A stretch of 64,000 bases of DNA from positions 1-64,000 of the forward strand of contig NIVC01002371.1 in the NCBI GenBank assembly GCA_002269645.1, read 5' to 3'. A program made the position numbers and the translations under genes. The DNA comes from Macrostomum lignano (taxonomy: Eukaryota). Numbering within the stretch: position 1 is the first letter of the stretch; every line of letters begins with the position of its first letter. The notes under the pieces were generated by a model. That model ran no database searches. It was not told where the DNA came from and saw only the letters and a program-made list of their open reading frames with translations. Of this stretch, positions 38,926-52,425 are shown piece by piece.

Positions 38926-39120
38926 ACAAACTAGCCTAAATCAAAAAAAGTTAACTAAACTAAACTAAACTAAACTAAACTAAACTAAACTAAACTAAAC
39001 TAAACTAAACTAAAGTAAATTAAAATAACATAAAATAGTCCTTACGAAACTAAACTAAACTTAGCTTAACTTAAAATAAACAAAGCTATACTAAAGTAGA
39101 TTAAGCTAAACTAAACTAAA
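36940..39120. repeat. (CTAAA)n satellite with higher-order blocks
   Basis: CTAAA runs punctuated by recurring spacer variants. Confidence 0.95.
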
Positions 39121-39669
39121 CTCATTTTCTTGCCAACAGATATCATGCAAGACTGCATCAAGGAATCTGTGTTGGCCGAAAACACCTGCAATAATTAAAC
39201 TCAGAGCAAGACAACACGGACTGGGACATTCCTTGTTAAATTTTAGTCTTGTCAAACTTGACCTGGAACTCGTTAAGAGTAACAAAATTTGAACACTATA
39301 AAGGCGGTGTTGTGAAACGTCTTCTCGGAGATTGGATCCCGGCATCAGCCCTATGTCAAGAACTGTTGCTTCAGCCATTTTTGTGTCCCTACTAAAGCAG
39401 ACTTAAGTTAGCAGTTTTCTTTCGTTGAAGCTTTTAAAGGTAGTTGCAGAGGCCTGAGGGTTAGTCTAAGTGAGATAGCACAAGCCCCGCTCCAACGAGC
39501 TCGAGCCCTCAGCTCATTGCTGTTACGTAATCGAAACCTGAGCCCTGCGGGTTTTTTGAGGGGCCTTTCAACTACACTTAACCCTAGCTCTCGGTGTGAT
39601 TTTTGTTACCTTTAGGCAGTCAAGTTTGATTCTCAATGTCTTATTCGGCTTATAGTGATGGCTGGATAG

Positions 39670-39760
39670 CAGTTCGAGTGGTAATGTAGAGAGTAATGTA
39701 GAGAGTAATGTAGAGAGTAATGTAGAGAGTAATGTAGAGAGTAATGTAGAGGGTAATGTA
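39670..39760. repeat. 12 bp repeat (gtaatgtagaga)
   Basis: About 7 copies. Confidence 0.9.
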
Positions 39761-39809
39761 GAGTTTCTGTGACAGGAGCTGTGCGCAGCTGGCGAGTTTG
39801 TAGATTGAG

Positions 39810-41000
39810 AGTTTGAGAGGAAAGGAAAGGAGAAGAAGGGAGAGGAAAGGAGAGAGAGAGAGAAGAGGAGAGGAGAGAGAGGAGAGGAGAGGAGAGGAGA
39901 GGAGAGGAGAGGAGAGGAGAGGAGAGGAGAGGAGGGGAGAGAAGGGGAGAGGAGAGGGGACAGAAGAAGGGAGAGGAGGGGAGAGGAGAAGAGAGGAGGG
40001 GGAGGAAGGGAGAGGAGGGGAGAGGAGGGGAGAGGAGGGGAGAGGAGGGGAGAGGAGAAGAGAGGAGGGGGGAGGAAGGGAGAGGAGGGGAGAGGAGGGG
40101 AGAGGAGGGGAGAGGAGGGGAGAGGAGGGGAGAGGAGGGGAGTGGAAGGGAGAGGAGAAGAGAGAGGAGGGGAGGAGGGGAGAGGAGGGGAGAGGAGGGG
40201 AGAGAAGAGAGAGGAGGGGAGGAGGGGAGAGGAGGGGAGAGGAGGGGAGAGGAGGGAGAGAAGAGAGAGGAGGGGAGAGGAGAAGAGAGAAGAGGGGAGA
40301 GGAGGGGAGAGGAGGGGAGAGGAGAAGAAAGAGGAGGGGAGGAGGGGAGAGGAGGGGAGAGAAGGGGGAAAGGAGGGGAGTGGAAGGGAGAGGAGAGGAG
40401 AGAGGAGGGGAGAAGGGAGAGGAGAAGAGAGAGGAGGGGAGGAGGGGAGAGGAGGGGAGAGGAGGGGAGAGAAGAGAGAGGAGGGGAGGAGGGGAGAGGA
40501 GGGAGAGGAGGGGAGAGGAGGGAGAGAAGAGAGAGGAGGGGAGAGGAGAAGAGAGAGGAGGGGAGAGGAGGGGAGAGGAGGGGAGAGGAGAAGAGAGAGG
40601 AGGGGAGGAGGGGAGAGGAGGGGAGAGGAGGGGAGAGGAGAAGAGAGAGGAGGGGAGAGGAGAAGAGAGAGGAGGGGAGAGGAGAAGAGAGAGGAGGGGA
40701 GGAGGGGAGAGGAGGGGAGTGGAAGGGAGAGGAGAAGAGAGAGGAGGGGAGGAGGGAGAGGAGGGGAGAGGAGGGGAGAGGAGAGAGGAGGGGAGGAGGG
40801 GAGGAGGGGAGAGGAGGGGAGAGGAGGGGAGAGAAGAGAGAGGAGGGGAGGAGGGAGAGAGAGAGGAGGGGAGAGGAGGGGAGAGGAGGGGAGAGGAGAA
40901 GAGAGAGGAGGGGAGGGAGGGGAGAGGAGGGGAGAGGAGGGGAGAGGAGAAGAGAGAGGAGGGGAGAGGAGAAGAGAGAGGAGGGGAGAGAAGAGGGGAC
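39810..41000. repeat. GA-rich array (gaggagggga)
   Basis: Direct inspection. Confidence 0.95.
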
Positions 41001-41711
41001 AGGTCCAGGGGAGGAGACTCACAGAGAAGCAGAGAGAGAGATTGGATTGCAAAGCCAGCACACAGCAACAGTGGAAATTGCTCAGAACACATGCAATATA
41101 GCGTTCCACCCTCAGGCTGGCAGGCTAATAAGTTATACAGTTGAGAAATACTCTCAGCCAAGCAGAGATATGCTTGTAAGGCAGTATGCAGATTCCAGCG
41201 CAATTATTAATTATTAGTCCTCCGATAAGCCGGAGATTGCCACTATCAGCCTTCATCTTAGCTTTGCCAAGGGATTTGATGTGTTTTTTACATTACCTTA
41301 CTTATTCAGAAAAGGAAAAACACACCTTGGCAACAAAGACAATCTGCTTGCATGGTAAGTAGCCAAAAAGCAAACAGATTCATTGTTTGCCAACGCAATG
41401 CATACATGCACAATCATTTTTAGCTGCCTTTGTTTCCACTCGTGTCGAAGCTACAAGCAGTTTCCAGCGAGAGACAGCTGACCAAAAGTCCCACCCGGTT
41501 CCAAACTCACACGGATTTTCCATACTCCATCAGCTGACAAATTGTCTGGCAAAAATTGGTTTCCGCGTTAGCAACAACACCTCTCGGAGAAATATTTGAC
41601 GGGTTGTTAGGAAAAGAAAATGGATTGAAGTTTACGGGGCATTCATCATTAGTGTGCTTGGTTGCGTTTCACATCATCTCCCTCTCCACTCTTGGCACTC
41701 ACTTCAGCCCC

Positions 41712-42430
41712 TATTCCCCTCTCTGTTCCCCTCTCTGCTCCCCTTTCTGTTCCCCTCTCTGCTCCCCTCCCTGTTCCCCTCTCTGTTCCCCTCTCTGTTC
41801 CCTTCTCTGTTCCCCTCTCTGCTCCCCTCTCTGTTCCCTTCTCTGTTCCCCTTTCTGTTCCCCTCTCTGTTCCCCTCTCTGTTCCCTTCTCTGTTCCCTT
41901 CTCTGTTCCCCTCTCTGTTCCCCTCTCTGCTTCCCTCTCTGTTCCCCTCTCTGTTCCCTTCTCTGTTCCCCTCTCTGTTCCCTTCTCTGTTCCCCTCTCT
42001 GTTCCCCTCTCTGTTCCCCTCTCTGTTCCCCTCTCTGCTTCCCTCTCTGTTCCCCTCTCTGTTCCCTTCTCTGTTCCCCTCTCTGTTCCCTTCTCTGTTC
42101 CCCTCTCTGCTTCCCTCTCTGTTCCCCTCTCTGTTCCCTTCTCTGTTCCCCTCTCTGTTCCCCTCTCTGTTCCCTCTCTGCTTCCCTCTCTGTTCCCCTC
42201 TCTGCTCCCCTCTCTGCTCCCCTCTCTGTTCCCCTCTCTGTTCCCCTCTCTGTTCCCCTCTCTGCTCCACTCTTTGTTCCCCTCTCTGCTCCACTCTTTG
42301 TTCCCCTCTTTGTTCTTCTCTCTGTTCCCCTCTCTGTTCCCCTCTCTGTTCCCCTCTCTGTTCCCCTCTCTGCTCCACTCTTTGTTCCCCTCTTTGTTCT
42401 TCTCTCTGTTTCCCTCTCTGCTCCCCTCCA
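41712..42430. repeat. 12 bp pyrimidine-rich array (ctctctgttccc)
   Basis: Direct inspection. Confidence 0.95.
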
Positions 42431-42839
42431 CTTCTCCTTCTTCATTTCTATTTCATTCCGTTCCCCATACCTATGGCTTCTTTAAACCCATCTAAATACG
42501 TGTACTGGGAAACCGTTCCACCCTCTGATTAAGTATGATTGTGTTTGAGTGTAAAAAATGATTTATTAATGAAGAGTAGCTGGACTGATCTGGTACAGAA
42601 TTGAAGCTATCGCTATAAAGAGATTAAGACGGCGTTAGAAATGACTAAAAAGAATAATTAATTAGCTAACTGCTAACAGCTGAATTTTCCCTTGTTCAAA
42701 ACTAGTTTCTTTAATTTCTTACTGTTAGTTTTTTCTACTTACTCGTAGAAAGGATTAAACTTAATAAGTACTTATGTTAGAAAAATTCAATTTCAAATCT
42801 ATTTGTTATAACTCTGTATTGAAACTTTGATCTGAACGT

Positions 42840-43620
42840 TAACGATGGCGTCTAATCTACCGTTAATCTGGCGCCTGATCTACTGTTAATCCGGCGCCTA
42901 ATCTACCGTTAATCTGGCGCCTGATCTACTGTTAATCCGGCGCCTAATCTACCGTTAATCTGGCGCCTGATCTACTGTTAATCCGGCGCCTAATCTACCG
43001 TTAATCTGGCGCCTGATCTACTGTTAATCCGGCGCCTAATCTACCGTTAATCTGGCGCCTGATCTACTGTTAATCCGGCGCCTAATCTACCGTTAATCTG
43101 GCGCCTGATCTACTGTTAATCCGGCGCCTAATCTACTGTTAATCCGGCGCCTAATCTACCGTTAATCTGGCGCCAATCTACCGTTAATCTGGCGCCTAAT
43201 CTACCGTTAGCCTGGCGCCTAATCTACCATTAATCTGGCGCCTAATATACCATTAATTTAGCGCCTAATCTACCATTAATCTGGCGCCAGTCTACCATTA
43301 ACCTGGCGCCTGATCTACAATTAATCTGGCGCCTAATCTACCAATAATCTGGCGCCCAGTCTACCATTAATATAGCGTCAAATCTACCATTAATATAGCG
43401 TCAAATCTACCATTAATTTTGCGCCTAATCTACCGTTAACCTGGCGCCTAATCTACCGGTAACCTGGCGCCTAATCTACCGTCAACCTGGCGCCTAATCT
43501 ACCGTTAATCTGGCGCCTAATCTACCATTAATCTGGCACCCAGTCCACCAATAATCTGGCGCCTAATCTACCATCAATCTGGCGCCTTATCTACCAGTAG
43601 TGTGGCGCCCAATCCGCCAT
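42840..43620. repeat. 22-23 bp minisatellite (ctggcgcctaatctaccgttaat) upstream of the neprilysin-like gene
   Basis: Direct inspection. Confidence 0.94.
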
Positions 43621-43851
43621 TTCTGGCGTATGATTTCAGAATAAAATTCAACAGAATCCTAGATTCCATAAATCCTTCTCTCTCCCTCACCCGGATCTGT
43701 CACTCAACAGTCATAGGCTTGGAAAGCTCTCAGCCAATCAGAAACCGTCTAGGGACGCATTGGTGGCATTTCTAAGAAACTATATCGCCAGAGACCTCCG
43801 GACCCCACGCAGAATCTCTTCCTTACTGGACTGACTAACTCAAAGATAATC

Positions 43852-46607
<2,756 letters not shown>

Positions 46608-46880
46608 ACGATTTTGTGGGAATCGGGATATCGTTGGAGGGTATTGTGATATCGTTGGAAGCATTGGGATATCGTTGGAGGCATTGGGATATCGTTGGAG
46701 GCATTGGGATATCGTTGGAGGCATTGGGATATCGTTGGAGGCATTGGGATATCGTTGGAGGCATTGGGATATCGTTGGAGGCATTGAGATATCGTTAGAG
46801 AGGATTGGGGTATAGTTAGAGGGTTATTGGGATATCGTTAGAGGGTATTGGGATATCGCTGGAGGGTATTGGGATATCGT
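46608..46880. repeat. 20 bp minisatellite (gcattgggatatcgttggag) directly after the neprilysin-like stop codon
   Basis: Direct inspection. Confidence 0.92.
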
Positions 46881-47879
46881 ACGAAAAGGGTGAGAGAACT
46901 GGGATACCGTAAGATTATAAGGAAATCGCAAGCATACTTTAGGTAACAGAAAAAAGAAAACAAAGAAATAAAATTTAAAGTTGTTTTGACATGTGAGTTC
47001 TGTTTCCGCAAACAATTTAAATTGTTCATTGTTTTTAGTTTAGCGTGCGTTTTTTTTTTAAATTGTTTGTAAAGTTTTGTACTTGTTTACTTCCTGTTTT
47101 GTGATTCTTTTAAGGATATTTCTGGTAGTAACAAAATTCAACAACTTAATAATTTAAGATTGCCACACTGAATTAGCATTGTTAACAACTTGGGACCATG
47201 GAGAACTCGTGCAATTTTTTTTAGTTAGAGGCCAATAATTATCCTCTGACTATGAGTTGGTCTATTGTGATTTTTGTGCTTGCTTTTAGAATTCTTTTCG
47301 AATTTTTTCCCATGTTAATTGTGTTTTTTCGTATTTATCCGCAATCAATCGCAAATATTTGTTCGTTTCGTGCAAGTCTAACGCTTTTAATATTTGTCTT
47401 GAGGCTGATTCCCGATGACTGCTTGTTTTGCGGTCTATATATCATTATTATATCCAACTATATACGAGCTGGTTTTGTAGGTCAGCTAAGCTGTTTGTGT
47501 TTTTTAATTGGTTTATTATCCAGAAGAAAAGTTCTAAACAAAAATATATTGTCGTGTCCAGATGTTTAAAATAAATAGAGTTTTAATTTTCTTCTTTTGG
47601 ATTGGCTACTAATTGGCATAGTTAACTTAAAACAGAGAGTATCGGATGAGGCATGGTTGCGATAATGCTAAGTGCATTTAGTTCTCTCTAGAAAATGGGG
47701 TTTTACCATGGACAAATTCGTCGAACTGTCGACTGTCACCTTGACTTGCGCAAGTAATGTTGGTGGATAGAAGTATTAGCCACTTTTAGTAACATTGGTA
47801 GTCCAATACAGTAGCAAAAACACTGTGTATTGAACCTGTCATAAAAATTCTAGCGAATAATTGCGTCTCAAAATCGAAT

Positions 47880-48105
47880 CTGATAATTATCCAGCAAGTT
47901 TAAAAAATAGAATCTGACGTAATTATCCAGCAAGTTCTAAGAATAGAATCTGACGTAATTATCCAGCAAGTTTAAAAATAGAATCTGACGTAATTATCCA
48001 GCAAGTTCTAAGAATAGAATCTGACGTAAATATCCAGCAAGTTTAAAAATAGAATCTGACGTAACTATCCAGCAAGTTCTAAAAATAGAATCTGATGTAA
48101 CTATT
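47880..48105. repeat. 35-36 bp minisatellite (atagaatctgacgtaattatccagcaagtt...)
   Basis: About 6 copies. Confidence 0.92.
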
Positions 48106-50597
48106 CAGATATCTTTTTTTAAAATATAACCGTAAAAAGTTAATGGTTTCACTATATATAGCTTTTTTAAAATCCAGTTTCTCAGTCTGAAATTTGTGTT
48201 GACTATAGCCCAACTTATCCTTATTAAATCTACAGGATTAAAAGTTTTCCTGTCCTTTTTTCTAACAGCACGTGTCAAATAACGGCTGAGCAACAGGTAA
48301 AAAACGGAATTTTTCACAATTCGTTGATAGTACCGTCGACCATTTTGAGTCTCTTTCGCAATTAAGAGCAATAAGAATAGTATCTCTCGGGTTAGGAAAT
48401 AACTGAGGGAAACTATAAAAAATCAATCACTATCTATATTTTCCTACTTTCGCAGTTCGGTGAGCGCCTACAGTAGAATCAAATTCTAGATATATCGCAT
48501 TGCCAGGCCTTTATATCTCTGACTGGACGAGTATCCGATAAGTGTGCCGCGAGGGCCGCTCTGGGGTCAGTTTAGGTCAGGGGAGGGGGGAGAAAATCCC
48601 CACGAAGACTCAGACCCGCTCAGCAGGCTGTGTATTCGAGGATTAGCGACTGTGTTTTAGACGAGTTGGTTCTCAGTGCTGGGATAATAATAAATGAAAA
48701 AAGGAAATTTATCCTCTCTCTATCGGCTCCCCCTGTTTTCGTTCCCCATCTGTTTTCGCACCCTCAGCTGACTGAGTCTTAGAAATTCGAACTTGGCATA
48801 GGGATAGGGGCGATAATCCTCTACGGGAACTGCTCACCCGCCAGCTTGCATGGATTTTCCCGCATCAAATTTCTGAGCAACAAAATACCTGTATGAATGG
48901 GCTGCCGAATACAAAACATGAACTTGGGGAACTATTGTTCAATAATACAAGAAAAATTTCAATCAGGGACATTATATAATTACAGCTATGGACAGAGTGG
49001 CAGGCGGAGCGGGGGAGCGAGAGGGAGAGGAAGTTGATAATGAAAATGAAGAGTGTTTGCATGCCGGAATTTTGCCCATCGACATACACCCGCCGTACCT
49101 CACCGACACTTGCCCACCGACGTTGACCCACCGACATTTACCCTCCGACATTTAACCACCGACATTTACTTATCGACATTTACTCACCGACATTCACCCA
49201 CCGACACTTACCCTCCGACATTCACCCTCCGACATTTACCTATCGACATTTACCGACCGACATTCACCCACCGACACTTACCCTCCGACATTCACCCTCC
49301 GACATTTACCCTCCGACATTTACCCACCGACATTTACCCACCGACATTTACCCACCGACATTTACCCACCGACATTTACCCACCGACATTTACCCACCGA
49401 CATTTACCCACCGACATTTACCCAACGACATTTACCCGCTGACATTTATCCACCGACATTTACCCACCGACATTTACCCACCGACATTTACCCACCGACA
49501 TTTACCCACCGAAATTTACCCACCGACACTTACCTATCGACATTTGCCCAACGAAATTCGCCCGCCGACTTTTGCCTGCCACACAATTTTCTTAGCCTAT
49601 ATTTTTTACTTTCTTGTTTAACACGAGAGAATATTTGGCGTTATGAACTCTCTAAAATGTGTCACATGTATTTAATTTGGAATTGTGGCTAACTACTTGC
49701 AGTAGCTGAAAATAAATATGTATTTCTGTTTATGCTAAGGAGAATGAAATCTGTTTTATAGCAGGCAACTTTGAATGCTAATTTTCCCGTAACTATAAGT
49801 AACGTGGTCAGCAATTTTTAAGTAAACAGTTTTGTCTTGTTGAAGCTTCTTTGAAGTAAAGAAATGCGTCTACTAAGTTTGCCTGCCGGACGTTTGCCAG
49901 CCGACGTTTGCCTGCCGGACATTTGCAGGCGGCAATTGGTTAAAGAAGTACGCCCTCTCTAGGCTTACATGTATTTGCATTTGAAAGCTGTGGACACAGC
50001 ACTTATCTAATTTCACCTCGCTCCCTACTACTGCTATTAAATATGCAGGTTACTAACAAACTACTATTCAGGCTTATTGAAGTTATTGCTCTTGTCTGCC
50101 TAAATAGAAAGGTAAAAATACAAAATAGGATTTTCCATTGTCACGGTTGATATCTATGTATGCCATGGAATGGCCCTTTCCATCTCAGTGGCCAAACAAG
50201 CTAAATGGGAAAAGACTGAGACATCCATAATGGTAGATTAAGTCTATGGTTTCAGACTTGGATAATGATCACAGTCACGAGTGGCGAAGCCACGAGTGAC
50301 TGCTGATCATTATTTAATTCTGAAACCATAGACATAATCGCATTATCATATAAACTAGCGTTTTCGGTTGATCATTATGTAACGCCATTAAGCCACGCCA
50401 TTAAGTAACGCTGCAGTGTCTTCGTGCCATAGATATTGGCTCGGCAGTGAGCAGGGACAAGGGGGCGCAGCTCCCTTGCGGGTGTGGGGGCAGAGCCCCC
50501 ACTAATTGGACCATAGACAATTTTTTAGAATACAGTTCTCTAAAAGAAAAGCTCGACCATGAAATCTGTTAGGAAGTTAAGAACTAGAAGCAAGAAC

Positions 50598-50605
50598 TAT
50601 AAATA
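50598..50605 (+). promoter_or_regulatory. TATA box candidate for the knottin gene
   Basis: TATAAATA about 100 nt upstream of the ATG at 50705. Confidence 0.5.
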
Positions 50606-50704
50606 GTTTGGTATTTATACTGAAACAATTCTCTGCATACACAACCCTAGCTACACTAGATTTTGCGATCTAAAGCAACAAGCAAGCAGACCTACTTCTT
50701 TGCG

Positions 50705-51006
50705 ATGAAGTACTTCATAATGCTGTTAGCCATTGTCATGTTCTTCGGTAAGCTCAGTTAGAAAGCTTAGATAGATGTGTTTTTAATTCAAAAAAAAATA
50801 TTGCGCACATGTTTCTCATATACTACTCACCCGTCAAAGCAGGTCTCGGATCGCGCGCCTGTCCGCCCAAGTTCTGCACAAAGACCGGCCGTCTCTGCCA
50901 GTCCGACAATGACTGTTGTTCGAAAAAATGCAACCCGATACTATCGAAGATGGGCAACTGCGCACCTGGTGGTAACCCGCCTGGTACTCAAGAGTACTAT
51001 GATTAA
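50705..51006 (+). CDS. Secreted inhibitor-cystine-knot (conotoxin-like) peptide, 68-aa precursor, 2 exons
   Basis: Exons 50705-50747 and 50843-51006, phase-1 GTAAG...GCAG intron. Sequence MKYFIMLLAIVMFFGLGSRA-CPPKFCTKTGRLCQSDNDCCSKKCNPILSKMGNCAPGGNPPGTQEYYD; cysteine spacing C-x6-C-x5-CC-x3-C-x9-C. Confidence 0.88.
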
Positions 51007-51477
51007 CAAACTATCAATATACCGACTTAAGAATTTATCATATTTCGTAAAATGTTGCACGATTGATGCAAGGTACTTTTGTGTCGCAAGTTTTTGTATT
51101 GTCAAATTGTTGCAAACTATTAAAATGTTAGTTGACTAAATTGAAACTTAATGATCTTCAATTTCCTTTTTTCTTAGCAAGCCTGAGTTTATACACGGCA
51201 CACGTAACAGTAAAGATGACAATTAACCTGCAGCTGTAGCTAGCAGTAATAAAAATCGTATCAAGCTATGAGCGTGCAAAGTACATACACTGTAGCTGAT
51301 GAATATTTCCGCTAGATTTTAAAACCACTTGAAAGACTTATACAGCAATTGTTACACCGTAAATTTGACACAAATGTTATATAGCTAGTAGCCCATCACA
51401 AAAAGACACTAATTACGAGTACTTTGTTTACTTTGTTGCCTGGCATCAGCGGATGATTGAGGTTATTGAGGTTAAAA

Positions 51478-52425
51478 GTCCCTTCCCTTATCTCCTTTCC
51501 CTTATCTCCCTTCCCTTACATGTATCTCCCTTCCCTTATCTCCTTTCCCTTATCTCCCTTCCCTTACATGTATCTCCCTTCCCTTATCTCCCTTCCCTTA
51601 TCTCCCTTCCCTTATCTCCCTTCCCTTACATGTATCTCCCTTCCCTTATCTCCCTTCCCTTATCTCCCTTCCCTCATCTCCCTTCCCTTATCTCCCTTCC
51701 CTCATCTCCCTTGCCTTATCTCCTTTCCCTTATCTCCCTTCCCTTACATGCATCTCCCTTCCCTTATCTCCCTTCCCTTATCTCCCTTCCCTCATCTCCC
51801 TTCCCTTATCTCCCTTCCCTTGTCTCCCTTCCCTTATCTCCCTTCCCTTATCTCCCTTCCCTCATCTCCCTTCCCTTATCTCCCTTCCCTTGTCTCCCTT
51901 CCCTTATCTCCCTTCCCTTATCTCCCTTCCCTTGTCTCCCTTCCCTTATCTCCCTTCCCTTATCTCCCTTCCCTCATCTCCCTTCCCTCATCTCCCTTCC
52001 CTTATCTCCCTTCCCTTATCTCCCTTCCCTATTTCCCTTCCCTTGTCTCCCTTCCCTTATCTCCCTTCCCTTATCTCCCTTCCCTTGTCTCCCTTCCCTT
52101 ATCTCCCTTCCCTTATCTCCCTTCCCTTGTCTCCCTTCCCTATTTCCCTTCCCTTGTCTCCCTTCCCTTATCTCCCTTCCCTTATCTCCTTTCCCTTATC
52201 TCCTTTCCCTTATCTACCTTACCTTACATGTATCTCCCTTCCCTTATCTCGCTTCCCTTATCTCCCTTCCCTTATCTCCTTTCCCTTATCTCCTTTCCCT
52301 TATCTACCTTACCTTACATGTATCTCCCTTCCCGTATCTCCCTTCCCTTATCTCCCTTCCCTTATCTCCTTTCCCTTATCTCCTTTCCCTCATCTCACTT
52401 CCCTTATCTCCCTTCCCTCATCTCA
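51478..52425. repeat. 14 bp pyrimidine array (ccttatctcccttc)
   Basis: Direct inspection. Confidence 0.95.

Noticed and set aside
39813-42532. Multiple long ORFs at 39.6-42.5 kb, and similarly at 34.5-35.5, 51.4-52.5, 55.8-57.7 and 61-62.5 kb
   Set aside because: Periodic translations of tandem repeats.
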